64,000 nucleotides of DNA from Squalus acanthias (lineage: Eukaryota), in NCBI GenBank assembly GCA_030390025.1, contig CM059432.1, positions 71,426,001-71,490,000 on the forward strand, given 5' to 3'. Position 1 is the first letter of the stretch. Each line of letters opens with the position of its first letter. Position numbers and translations under genes: made by a program. The notes below the pieces were generated by a model that was not told where the DNA came from, did not search any database, and worked only from the letters and a program-made list of their open reading frames with translations. Positions 38,627-51,789 of this stretch are shown piece after piece.

Positions 38627-40291
38627 TGATTGGGCTTGTTAAGCCCGCCCAGCGCGTTTGCTGGCCAATTGAAGGAAGCGGGTCTGATGATGTCATTTGA
38701 TGACGTGTCATCAGCCAGTTTCCTTAAAGGGACCATGCACAAATTGATTTTGACATTTGTGCTGTCAGGGTTCTACAGCATTGAGGTGCTGCAAACACTG
38801 ACAAGCACTGCAGAGAGGTACATGGCTGCACCTAGGCTCTCCCATGACTCCCTCCATATGCTTATGGAGGAAGTCACAGCATGCAGGGAGGTTGTCTTCC
38901 CTTCCAATGAGCGGAAGAACCTCCCCAGGAGACCAACGCAACCTGGTTACACATTGTACAGGAGGACACAAGCAGGGATGTTGTCAGGAGGACCAGGCTG
39001 CAGTGGCGCAAACGTTTCAATGATCTCACTAGATCACGAAAAGTTACTGCCAAGCTACACTCAGCCTCATCCTGCTGTGCCACTCATCACATCCCCACCA
39101 CTCTGCCTACCCTACCCTACTCCTGCACATCCTTACTCACACCAACTTACCTTGCACCTCCACCCATCCCTCTGTATTTACATTATCACTTCCCCATCTC
39201 ACTAGCCAACCCTCACACTCACCCTGATCCTAGTCCAATCATACCAACTAACAACACACTAGGCTAGGCACTTGGGTGTTTTATACAATCTTCACATAAA
39301 TTTTCTGTTAATGTGGTGTCAAACATTGAAACCTTTATTTTGAACACTTTGCGTTCTTGGACAGATTTGTGTGCACCTTTGGAAGTGGCTTAGTGAGTTG
39401 CAATGAAAGGTGAGACATAACGGTACCTCCAGCAATGGTAATAAGTGTGAAAGGAATGGCTTGGTCATTGTAGGGATACTTTATGGTGCTGGTGTGGGGT
39501 GGTGCCAACCTGGTGCATCATGTGGCAACCAAGGTGTACAGCATCAAGTGAAGTAAATCTGACCATGGTGAGGCTATCCCTGGTCTTCTGGGCAGCAATA
39601 TGGTCGGGTGCTGATGCCCTTTATCCTGTGCAGCATCAGTTGATTGCGGAGAAGGGTGGCATTGCTGTTGGTGCTGCTGGTGTTGGGGCTGATTGTGGTG
39701 GGATTCTGAGGACCAAGGTGAGATAGTTTCAAGGGCACCCATGCTGATGGAATAGATGGCAGGCGAATTTGAGATGACAGAAGTAATCTATCAATGGTGA
39801 GAGAGGTTGTTCCAATGAGGTGACACTGGATAGAGAGTTTGCTCCAAACACTTGCAACCTGCATATAGCTCAATCTGTCTTCCAAATGCAGTGAGTAACA
39901 GCTTCTGAGCTTGGAAAGTGAACAGCTGTGAGATGGGAGCTTTAAGAGCACATTTCAAGCTGTCAAGTAATGAGATGATTCCATGGCCATTCAACTCCTG
40001 CTCTGCTTACCTGACATGATCCCCGAGCAGCGTGGACCCCATGGGCGACCTGGTAAGCTCTGAAGGTGAGCTGAAAATACTTCTTAATGCTCTGTTAACA
40101 AGGTCATAATGACCTTAATTGCCTGCCCTGCCGCTGCATGTCGGGTCTGCTCAGCGCTGACAGACCCGACATTTGGGAAGGAACGTGTTGGCGGGTTGAC
40201 AGCGGGGTCCCGACCTACTGTCCAAAAAAAACATTTTCCCACCCGACCCACCACCGATCCCACCCGCTGACCCCCATGGAAAATTCCCCCC
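38627..40291. mobile_element. Internally deleted Harbinger element: Myb/SANT remnant (+, about 38820-39045) and fused transposase N/C termini (-, about 39545-39742)
   Basis: The plus strand gives MAAPRLSHDSLHMLMEEV..., followed after a frameshift by W..RKRFNDLTRS. The minus strand gives MGALET..QPQHQQ then HIAAQKTRDSLTMVRF. The terminus is GAAAATTCCCCCC followed by TAA at 40292. Confidence 0.7.
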
Positions 40292-41857
40292 TAAAACTGA
40301 GATTTGAGAACAGTTTACATACATCAGGACATTAGTAAGAATTTTCTTATATCAGACTTACACTTATATGAATTTGAGGACACATGCAGAGGGAGCACTC
40401 CACTGCAACTTTGGCACAGTACTTTACTGGATGATCTTTCTAAAAATGATGCCTAGTTGAAAAAATACTCTTTAAGTGTAATTTTTGTAGCTGATTTTCT
40501 AATAGGCCTTCAGATGAATAAGAAGCCGTAACGCGTGTGGGCTCATCTTTATTTTTAATCCACTTGAAGGTTACTGCTTTTCAAAGTTACGCACTGGAGG
40601 CGCAGAAATAAATGAGTATTATAGTAGAGCCTCTGTAAAGCACCCACTGCAGTAGGTTATCACACTTATCGCCAATTTCATTTGTAACTGAAATGTTACA
40701 GCTCCCACGTGAAGTTATCATGAATGACTCACCAAACCTAATGTTAATATTCTTACTGCAAAAATGTATCAGTCTCTCCATTACATTAAATGACAAATGC
40801 AGTTTAAGCAATTACAATCATGATTTAAAATAAGAGAATCCATCATTGTTTAATGGAAGAAAGGAGAAATATAAGACCAATCATTTTAATATATTCTTTG
40901 CTCTTGGAAATATTACAATATATATACCAAAAGGAACAAGTACATTTATATAAATAGGTTAGAGTTAACAGCTCATCTGTTTTATTTTGCAAATGATATG
41001 CATCCAAAATACTGAGGAAGGTGATGGAGGAGATAATGGAGGCACTAGCCATAAGAAGAATAGTGCCAAAGGATTGGAGGATGGAAAATGTTACACCGCG
41101 CTAAAGAAAGGAGAAATGAATATTCCAGGAAGTTATAGGCCAGTTATTCAACTGTGAGTAAACTGTGTGGTCAGGATCCCCAGCTACAACTTTAGCAGGC
41201 ATAACTTCAGGTTGTAAAACAGGTTTCCGTGTCGCTATCGTCCATTTTGCATAACCGCCAAAGTTGAATTTCACCCCAGGGTATTTAACTGAGAAAGTAA
41301 TGACATGGTGATATCATGGGGTTGTGAATTCTCCTCTTTGCAGCAGAGATCCGATGGGCTGGGACTTTCACCTGGCCCTCCATATCTACCCCAAACCTTT
41401 CTTGGGTCGAGGCTCATCGAATATACGCAGAGTGTTCCCAGTGGGATTCCCACCATAAAGAGGAAGCTTGCCAATGTGAGAGTGGAGAATCCCGGCAATG
41501 CTGTAGCAGGGATGCAGATGGTGAATCAGGAATTGGCGGTAACCATGGCGTACAGGAGGGAAACCTTCCAGGGACCCTGCCCCCACGCCATTGCTGCCAT
41601 TTGCATGCAAAGGGTGGGCAAGAAATGGTAACAGCAGTCCTGGTGGGGGTTTGAAGATGGATATCTCAGTGGGTGTGATGAGTCTTTGGTCGGCCTCACC
41701 ACCCAAATTTTCAGTCATTCTACGGTTTTATCGGGAGACAAAATATCCCTCCCCACCGCCTGCATAGGTCCCATTTTCTGTCATTTATGCTGGATATTAG
41801 GCAAAATGGAACCTGGGAAATAATTTAAATAACCAAAAAAAAATAACTGAGTAAAAC

Positions 41858-41907
41858 GGGGGTGAAATTAGTAACTATCGTTATCGCCCAAGAACAATTT
41901 CACCTCC
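41858..41907. mobile_element. 50-bp Harbinger-type micro-MITE
   Basis: TIRs GGGGGTGAAATT / AATTTCACCTCC (1 mismatch), with 3-bp TSD AAC at 41855-41857 and 41908-41910. Confidence 0.75.
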
Positions 41908-42149
41908 AACATCTTTTCAGAAGCTGGAATCATAAATGTGTTCTAGGAGGCTGCAGCAACCATTTCCCGCCAACCTCCCAGCCCTCGCTGATCTCCTAAC
42001 AGCAGGTGGCAATACCACTGGGAACCTGCTGAAATGATGGCAAATGGATTTTACCCAGGAAAATTTTCCACAGTTAGTGCTGACTACCTTAGGCAGACAG
42101 AAAGTCCATCCCATCATCCTTCTGACAGCAATCAAAACATTTACCATAT

Positions 42150-42330
42150 CCCACAAGTGGCTATTGAGGCAGAGACTCTAATGTCATTTAAAATGCAACT
42201 TGATAGATATTTAAAGAAGAACAATATAAGGGAGGTGAAAAGGATTATATAGCTTTGTTTGCTAACACCAGCACAGGCACAAATTTTTAAATGGCCTCTT
42301 TCTGTGGTGCACTGTCTATGATTCTATGAA
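42150..42330 (+). mobile_element. CR1 3' end fragment
   Basis: Encodes VAIEAETLMSFKMQLDRYL, followed by a CTATGATTCTATGA tail. Confidence 0.7.
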
Positions 42331-42755
42331 TTCAATGCATTTAATATTTTCTATTTACTCCAGTTGTGTAGAATGATTCTGTATCACAGCTTAGTGATTG
42401 AAAATGAACCGCTGAGACTGTTCTGCCAGTTTAAAGAAGCAAAATAATATGAAGCAACCCAGTGGTACACAAGGATAGTTTGCCATTAAGATGCAAGTTT
42501 GTTAACCTATCTCTTGCGTGTTGAGTTCTCAAACTGTGTCAGACAATTGGACAGAGATATAGGCTGGATGTCCGAAGCTTTCATCAAACAAGGAAACAGT
42601 TGAGCTGGTTTTCCTGTTCTCCTTCACCTGGGTGCCAGGCAAACATAGTGCACCCTGACAGGGCCTCATGTCTATAAATGGGGACAGAAATACAACCGCT
42701 GTTGCAGGCTTGAGAGGTCTGCGGCAATGGGCAAGGACACCATCTTCAAGGCTTT

Positions 42756-43670
42756 AAGAACACAAGAACATAAGAATTAGAAGCGGGAGTAGGCCATACG
42801 GCGCTTCGAGTCTGCTCCGCCATTCAATAAGATCATGGCTGATCTTCGACCTCAACTCCACTTGCCCACCAACATTTAATAGTTTCTCATCATTTAAAAA
42901 ATACTATGCTTTTCTATTCTTCCTACCAAAGTGAATAACCTCACATTTCCCCACATTATACTCCATCTGCCACCTTATTGCCCATTCACTTAACCTGTCT
43001 ATATCCCTTTGCAGGCTCTTTGTGTCCTCCTCATAGCTTACTTTCCCACCTAGCTTTGTATCGTCCTCAAACGTGGATACATTGCACTGGGTCACTTCAT
43101 CTAAGTCATTTATATAGATTGTAAATAGCTGAGGCCCCAACACTGATCCTTGCGGCACCCCACTAGTTGCAGCCTGCCAACCTGAAAATGACCCGTTTAT
43201 CCTTACTCTCTGTTTTCTGTCCGTTAACCAATCCTCTATCCATGCTAAAATATTACCCCAACCCCATGAGCCTTTATCTTGCGTAACAACCTTTTATGTA
43301 GCACTTTATCAAATGCCTTTTGGAAATCCAAATAAACTACATCCTCTGGTTCCCCTTTATCTCCCCTGCTAGTTATATCCTCAAAAATCTCTGATAAATT
43401 TGTCAAACTTGATTTCCCTTTCATAAAACCATGTTGACTCTGCCTAATCATATTAAGATTTTCTAAGTGCCCTGTTACTACTTCCTTAATAATAGATCCA
43501 GCATTTTCCCAACAACTGATGTCAGGTTAACTGGCCTGTAGTTCCCTGTTTTCTCTTGCCCTCCTTTCTTAACATTTGCTACTTTCCAATTCACTGGGAC
43601 CTTTCTCGAATCTAGGGAATTTTGGAAGACCACAACCAATGCATCCACTATCTCTGCAGCCACCTCTTTC
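42756..43670 (-). mobile_element. Truncated, internally deleted CR1 LINE
   Basis: Fragments PQGSVLGPQLFTIYINDL, YLDFQKAFDKV and GNYRPVNLTSVVGK. The (TTCTTATG)-type tail is at 42756. Confidence 0.9.
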
Positions 43671-46600
43671 TGCCATACAAAAGTAACAGCTTGAATGCTT
43701 CCAGGCCTGAAGGTCTCTGGGGAGGCTGAAAAAAAAGGTTACACATACCTTTATAGATCTTCCTTGCAGGATCCTCCAATCTAAGAAGGGGCCTGGTGCT
43801 AGGCCTACTGCCAATTTCTGCTAACGCCTTGTCTTTGGGTACCCTTCCAGTGAATGTGGAGGAGAATGAGGAGAGAGGACTGGAGTTTTTCCTGCACAAT
43901 CTTTTTACCATGGTTGCCTGTAGTGGTTGTAAGTGCAGGTACTATGCACCTCCTCAGATAAAGCTTGGAAAATGTAGCATCACAGGTCTTCACCCTTTAT
44001 CCCCTTCATTGTGCCTGGAAACGGAGCAGTGCCAAGGCCCACTTGCCAGTAAAGTCAACCTCAGTGAGTCCTGCTGTCTCTACTTGTGCATTGTGCGTCT
44101 TCAGCTATAGCTATCTAATCTTACGGTCCAATAGCCACACTTTTCGAAGTGTTATAGACACAGATGTGAGAGAGAGGTGCCTGTCTGTCTTCTCAACTAG
44201 AGACCAGTGAGCGGTGCTAGGCAAAGCCCTTAAAAACAAAATGACTCAAAATAATATTTTATTTTTCATTTTTTAAAATCAAGAATATAGATTTTAAAAG
44301 AAAAGGGAAAACCAAAATCCCAATAACAAATTGTTCTCCACTCTTAAACTATTCCATTTACTGAGCTCTATTGCAAATTGACAGATTCAGATCATTATCC
44401 CAGATTGGATTCCTGCCTTCAATTTGCAGCTAAATACACACCAGCTCACCATTTGTCTTTTTAAAACTTGTTTACCATTGCAGCAGTCCATTTCTTCAAG
44501 ATGGAGACATTCTTTCAATGTCTTAATGCAGTGCTGCATAACAGAAGGCAGCGGATATTACTATTTAAAAAATATAACGCATGATTGTATGCCGGATCAT
44601 GTGACAGGAACTGCAGTGTTCCCAGGATTTTTTTATTATTCACTCTCCAGTATACTTATTTACAAAAAAAAGGGAGGGATTACAAGAAAATGTTCCCCAT
44701 TGAGAGGTTTAGATGAAATCATAATCCACAAGTATAACAATAAGATTATTAGAATCGCTTAATGCACGTGCTTTTATTTTTAATATGTACGTGTTTTGTT
44801 TTGACCATATAGATTAACATTCTTCTTGCTTTATCAAGATCCATTTTGATGTCTAGGACTTTCTTTTTGATACATGATGATACCTTAACTGAAAGATTAA
44901 TTGTGCAATAATCATCAGAAAATTGCCAGTAATAATCTGCAGTAGACTGTCTGGAAAGAACACTGCTCTGTATATTATCATTACTTAATTACTTGCTCCT
45001 GACAAAACTCATCCGTCTTTTAAGTCATAACTTAAAAGTTCTGTGTTTTACTTTAATTCTTTGATAACTTGTCCTATTTATATATTATATTACGCTGTGC
45101 AGAATATTCTCAGCAAAGCAGAATAAATAAAACGTTCACATCAATAATCATTCTCTAGGGAGCAAACTCAAACCCAAATAGTTAGTCCAGATATTTGTAT
45201 TCATTATTATTTGAAATAAAGATGAAAGCTAATTAGTCTCTACAAATATTTTGCAAGTTCAAGCACATGAAACATGAAGTAGATCTTGACCAGGAAACTG
45301 ATTATTTGCAAAATCAATTCCTGAATCTGAATTTGTAGAAAATTATTGCACAACATGTCTCCTTGAGACACTGCAGGAAAGTTTGTTTTGTTAGTGCCTA
45401 AAGTTCCCTTTATTGGCAGCAGAGGGTTGCCACCAGGAGATCTTCGAGGTGATGTATTTGGAGGAAAGGGTATCCAGTGGAAGGATGCCAGGCAGGTCAG
45501 GCATCCAAGAGGTGCTCTGGGTCCTGCTCCCTGCACCAGCACCCCAACATCCCCAGAGTTAGAAAACCTCATTTTGGCAGGAGTTGTTGATGGAGGCTTC
45601 TCTTCCTAATGACAGCTGTGCCAGCAGACCTGCTGGTGGCATCACAATGAGAAGTGAATGCCAGTCTAACCATTAAGCTAGACGTTTCTTTAGATACCTC
45701 CCAATCACAGCAGGAACGAAGGCATGCCAGGGTAAGCAGGAGTCAGCATTGTCTTTTTGGCCTCACTGATCAAGATGCCGCTAACCATTTCAATAGGCAC
45801 TAGCAAACCCTCCTGGTAACAAATATGGTAACCTGCCTTCCCAGAGTCTTTTTTTTTTCGTTCCTGGGATGTGGGCATCGCTGGCAAGGCCAGAATTTAT
45901 TGCCAATCGCTAATTGCCCTTGAGAAGGTGGTGATGAGCCGCCTTCTTGAACCGCTGCAGTCCGTGTGGTGAAGGTACTCCCACAATGCTGTTAGGGAGG
46001 GAGTTCCAGGATTTTGACCCAACAACAATGAAGGAACGGCGATATACTTCCAGGTCAGGATGGTGTGTAATTTAGAGGGGAACTTGGAGGTGGTGGTGTT
46101 CCCATGCGCCTGCTGCCATTGTCCTTCTAGGTGGAAGAGATCGCGGGTTTGGGAGGTGATGTCGAAGATGCTTTGGTGACTTGCTGAGGTGCATCTTGCA
46201 GATGGTACACACTGCAGCCACGGTGCACTGGTGGTGGAGGGAGTGAATGTTTAAGGTGGTGGATGGGGTGCCAATTAAGTGGGCTGCTTTGTCCTGGATG
46301 GTGTCGAGCTTCTTGAGTGTTGTTGGAGCTACACTCGTCCAGGCAAGAGGAGAGTATTCCATCACACTCTTTACTTGTGCCTTGTAGATGGTGGAAAGGC
46401 TTTGGGGAGTCAGGAGGTGAGACACTCGCCGCAGAATACCTAGCCTCTGACCTGCTCTTGTGGTCACATTATTTATGTGGCTGGTCCAGTTAAGTTTCTG
46501 GTCAATGGTAACCTCCAGGATGTTGATGGTGGGGGATTCGGCGATGGTAATGTTGTTGAATGTCAAGGGACGGTGGTTAGGCTCTCGCTTGTTGGAGATA

Positions 46601-47564
46601 TTTATTGCCTGGCACTTGTGTGGTGCAAATGTTACTTGCCACTTATCAGCCCAAGCCTGAATGTTGTCCAGGTCGTGCTGCATGCGGGCATGGACTGCTT
46701 CATTATCTGAGGAGTTGCAAATGGAACTGAACACTGTGCAATCAGCAGTGAACATTCCCACTTCTGACCCGATGATGGAGGGAAGGTCATTGATGAAGCA
46801 GCTGAAGATGGTTGTACCTTGGACACTGCCCTGAGGAACTCCTGCAACAATGTCCTGGGGCTGAGATAACTGACCTGCAACAACCATAACCATCTTCCTT
46901 TGTGCTAAGTATGACTCCAGCCAGTGGAGAGTTTTCCCCCTGAATCACATTGACTTCAATTTTACTATGGCTCCTTGATGCCACACTCGGTCAAATGCTG
47001 CCTTGATATCAAGTGCAGTCACTCTCACCTCACCTCTGGAATTCAGCTCTTTTGTCCATGTTTGGACCAAGGCTGTAATGAGGTCTAGAGACAAGTGGTC
47101 CTGCCGGAACCCAAACTGAGCATCAGTGAGCAGTTTATTGGTGAGAAAATGTCACTTGATAGCACTGTCGATGACACCTTCCATCACTTTGCTGATGATT
47201 GAGACTGATGGGGCGGTAATTGGCCGGATTGGATTTGTCCTGCTTTTTGTGGACTGGACATACCAGGGCAGTTTTCCACATTGTCTGATAGATGCCAGTG
47301 TTGTAGCTGTACTGGAACAGCTTGGCTCGAGGCGCGGCTAGTTCGAGAGCACAAGTCTTCAGCATGACAGCTGGGATGTCGTTGGGGCCCATAGCCTTTG
47401 CTGTATCCAATGCACTCAGCCGCTTCTTGATATCATGTGGAGTGAATCAAATTAGCTGAAGACTGGCTTCTGTGATGGTGGGGACCTCAGGAGGAGGCCG
47501 ATATGTATCATCCACGCGGCACTTCTGGCTGAAGATGGTTGCAAATGCTTCAGCCTTGTCTTTT

Positions 47565-49003
47565 ACCCCACTATTCAAAAAGGGTGGTAGAGAGAAAGCG
47601 GGGAATTACAGACCGGTAAGCCTGACATCGGTAGTGGGGAAAATGCTAGAGTCCATTATAAAGGATGTAATAGCTGAGCATTTGAAAAACAGTGACAGGA
47701 TCGGACAAAGTCAACATGGATTTACAAAAGGTAAATCGTGCTTGACTAATCTACTGGAATTTTTTGAGGATGTAACTGGGAAAATAGATAAGGGAGAACC
47801 AGTAGATGTGGTGTATTTGGACTTTCAAAAGGCTTTCGATAAGGTCCCGCATAAGAGATTAGCGGGTAAAGTTAAGGCACATGGGATTGGGGGCAAGGTA
47901 TTGACTTGGATAGAGAACTGGTTGGCGGACAGAAAGCAGAGAGTAGGAATTAATGGGTCTTTTTCTGAGTGGCAAGCAGTGACTAATGGGGTACCGCAGG
48001 GATCGGTCCTTGGACCCCAGCTATTCACAATATACATTAATGATCTAGATAAGGGAATTAAATGTAATATCTCCAAGTTTGCAGATGACACAAAGCTGGG
48101 TGGGAGTGTGTGCAGCGAGGAGGATAGCGAGAAACTCCAGGATGATCTGGACAGGTTGGGTGAGTGGGCAGAAGCATGGCAGATGCAATATAACGTGGAT
48201 AAGTGCGAGGTTATCCACTTTGGTGTCAAAAACAGAAAGGCAGACTATTATCTGAATGGCAATAGATTGGGAGAAGGGGAAGTGCAACGAGACCTGGGTG
48301 TCCTTGTGCACCAGTCGCTGAAAGTAAGCATGCAGGTGCAACAGGCGGTGAAGAAGGCAAATGGTATGTTGGCCTTCATAGCGAAAGGGTTTGAGTATAG
48401 GAACAGGGATGTCCTGCTGCAGTTGTACAGGGCCTTGGTGAGACCACACCTTGAGTACTGTGTGCAGTTTTGGTCGCCTTATCTGAGGAAGGATGTTCTT
48501 GCCATGGAAGGAGTTCAGCGAAGATTCACAAGGCTGATACCTGGGATGGCAGGAATGACATATGAGGAGAGATTGGGTCGATTGGGCTTATACTCACTGG
48601 AGTATAGAAGAATGAGAGGGGATCTCATCGAAACATATAAAATTCTGACAGGTCTGGACAAACTAGATGCAGGAAGAATGTTCCCGATGGTCGGAGAGTC
48701 CAGAACCAGGGGTCATAATCTATGGATAACGGGTAAACCATTTAGGACAGAAATGAGGAAGAATTTCTTCACCCAGAGGGTGGTGAACCTGTGGAATTCT
48801 CTACCACAGAAGGTAGTTGAGGCGAAGTCATTAAATATATTCAAGGATGAGTTAGATATATTTCTTAAAGCTAAAGGTATCAAGGGATATGGGGAGAAGG
48901 CAGGTACAGGGTACTGAGTTTAGATGATCAGCCATGATCTCATCGAATGGCGGAGCAGGCTCGAGGGGCTGAATGGCCTACTCCTGCTCCTATCTTCTAT
49001 GTT
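47565..49003 (+). mobile_element. Young 5'-truncated CR1 LINE with uninterrupted RT ORF (to 48917), inserted in LINE copy 2
   Basis: TPLFKKG..NYRPVSLTS..YLDFQKAFDKV..PQGSVLGP..FADDTK..LVRPHLEYCVQFW. The host sequence resumes at ACGTGCTGGG; about 6 host bases (GCACTC in copy 1) are missing and there is no TSD. Confidence 0.95.
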
Positions 49004-49811
49004 ACGTGCTGGGCTCCGCCATCATTGAGGATGGGGATATTCATGAAGCCTCCTCCTCCATTAGTTGTTTAATTAACCACCACCATTCACGACTGGATGT
49101 GGCAGGACTGCAGAGCTTTTATCTGATCCGTTGATTGTGGGATCGCTTAGCCCTGTCTATAGCATGCTGCTTCCGCTGTTTAGCATGCATGTAGTCCTGT
49201 GTTGCAGCTTCCCCAGGTTGGGAGCTCATTTTTAGGTACGCCTGGTGCTGCTCCTGGCTTGCTCTTCTGCACCCCTCTTTGAACCAGGGTTAATCCCCTG
49301 GCTTGATGATAATGATAGAGTGGGGGATATGCTGGCCATGAGGTTGCAGATTGAGGTGGAATACAATTCTGCTGCTGCTGATGGCCCACAGTGCCTCATG
49401 GATGCCCAGTTTTGAGCTGTTAGATCTGTTCTCAATCTATCCCATTTAGCACGGTGGTAGTGTTACACAACTCGATGGAGGGTGACCTCAGTGTGAAGAC
49501 ACGACTTCGTCTCCACAAGGACTCTGTGGTGCTCATTGATACCAATGCTGTCATGGACAGATGCATCTGCAACAGGTAGATTGGTGAGAATTACATCAAG
49601 TAGGTTTTTCCCTCATGTTGGTTCTCTCACCACCTACCGCAGACCCAGTCTGGCAGCTATGACCTTCAGGACTCAGTCAGCTCGGTCACTAGTGGTGCTA
49701 CCGAGCCACTCTTGGTGATGGACATTGAAGTCTCCTACCCAGAGTATATTCTGTGCCCTTGCTACCCTCAGTGCTTCTTCCAAGTGGTGTTCAACATGGA
49801 GGAGTACTGAT

Positions 49812-51147
49812 GACCAGTTAGCCTAACATCTGTCATTGGGAAAATGCTGGAGTCCCATCATTAAGGAAGTGGTAGCAGGACATTTAGAAAGTCATAATAT
49901 AGTCAAGCAGAGTCAGCATGGTTTTATGAAAGGGAAATTATGTTTGATAAATTTGTTGGAGTTCTTTGAGGATGTAATGAGTAGGGTGGATAAAGGGGAA
50001 CCAGTAGATGGCGTGTATTTGGATTTCCAGAAGGCATTCGATAAGGTGCCACATAAAAGGTTACTGCACAAGATAAGAGCTCACGGGGTTGGGGGTAATA
50101 TATTAGCATGGATAGAGGATTGGCTAACTAACAGAAAACAGAGAGTCGGCATAAATGGGTCATTTTCAGGTTGGCAAACTAACTAGTGGGGTGCCGCAGG
50201 GATCAGTACTGGGGCCTCAACTATTTACAATCTATATTAATGACTTGGATGAAGGGACCGAGTGTAATGTAGCCAAATTTGCTGATGATACAAAGATAGG
50301 TGGGAAAGCAAATTGTGTGGAGGATGCAAAGAATCTCGAAAGGCTAAGTGAGTGGGCAAAAATCTGGCAGATGGAGTATAATGTGGGAAAATGCGAGGTT
50401 ATCCACTTTGGTAGGAAAAATAAAAAAGCAAATTATTATTTAAATGGGGAGAGATTACAAAATGCTGAGGTACAGAGATATCTGGGGATCCTTGTACATG
50501 AATCACAAAAGGTTAGCATGCAGGTACAGCAAGTAATTAAGAAGGCAAATGGAATGTTGGCCTTTATTGCAAAGGGAATGGAGTATAAAAGTAGGGAAGT
50601 CCTGTTACAACTGTATAGTGCATTGGTGAGACCACACCTGGAGTACTGCGTACAGTTTTGGTCTCCTTATTTGGAGGCAGTTCAGAGAAGGTTCACGAGG
50701 TTGATTCCAGAGATGAAGGGGTTGTCTTATAAAGAAAGGTTGAGCAGTTTGGGCCTATACTCATTGGAGTTTAGAAGACTGAGAGGGGATCTTATTGAAA
50801 CATATAAGATTCTGAAGGGGCTTGACAGGGTATATGCAGAGAGGATGTTTCCCCTCATGGAGGAATCTAGAACTAGGGGGCATAATTTCAGAATAAGGGG
50901 TCGCCCATTTAAAACGGAAATGAGGAGGAATCCTTCTCTCAGAGGGTCGTGAATCTTTGGAATTCTCTTCCCCAGAGAGCTGTGTCATTGAATATATTTA
51001 AGGTGGAGATAGATAGATTTTTGAATGGTAAGGGAGTCAAGGGTTTTGGGGAGCGGGCAGGGAAGTGGAGTTGAGGCCATGATCTTATTGAATGGCGGAG
51101 CAGGCTCGAGGGGCCAAATGACCTACTCCTGCTCCTAGATCTTATGT
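49812..51147 (+). mobile_element. 5'-truncated CR1 LINE (frameshifted) inserted in LINE copy 2
   Basis: ORFs 49836-50186 and 50155-50952 carry CR1 RT motifs. Host GGAGTACTGAT|TCATCAGCTGAGG is split around it. Confidence 0.93.
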
Positions 51148-51789
51148 TCATCAGCTGAGGGAGGGCGGTAGGTGGTAATCAGCTGGAGGTTTCCTTGCCC
51201 GTGCTTGACCTGAAGCCGTGAGACTTCATGAGGTCCAGAGAATCAGTGTTGATGACTCCCAGGGCCACTCCCTCCCGACTGTATACCACTGTGCTGCCAC
51301 CTCTGATGGGTCTGTCCTGCCGATGGGACAGGACACACCCACGGATGGTGATGGAGGAGACTGGGCTGAAAGGTATGATTCTGTGAGTATGACTATGTCA
51401 GGCTGTTGCTTGACTAGTCTGTGGGACAGCTCTCTCAATTTTGGCACAAGTCCCCAGATGTTAGTGAGGAGGACTTTGCGGGGTTGACTGGGCTGGATGT
51501 GCCATTGTCATGTCCAAAGCCAGTGCCGAGTGGTCTGTCCGGTTTTATTCTTATTATTGCTTTTCGTAGCAGTTTGTTACAACTGAGTGGCTTGTTAGGC
51601 CATTTCAGAGGGCAGTTAAGAGTCAACCACAAGGAGTCACATATAGGCCAGACCAGGTAAGGACAGAAGATTTCCTTCCCTAAAGACATTAGTGAACGAG
51701 ATGGGTTTTTATGACAATCCAATAGTTCCATGATCACCATTACTAGCTTTTTATTTCAGATTTATTTAAGTGAATTTAAATTCCCAGCT

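Noticed and set aside
45423..45834. DNA transposon with AGGGTTGCCA...TGGTAACCT ends
   Set aside because: The inverted match is short and imperfect and no TSD is visible, so it is too weak to call.
47472..48917. 481-aa ORF as a host gene or complete retroelement protein
   Set aside because: The first ~31 codons are the antisense strand of the host LINE fused by chance in frame to a 5'-truncated CR1 ORF2.
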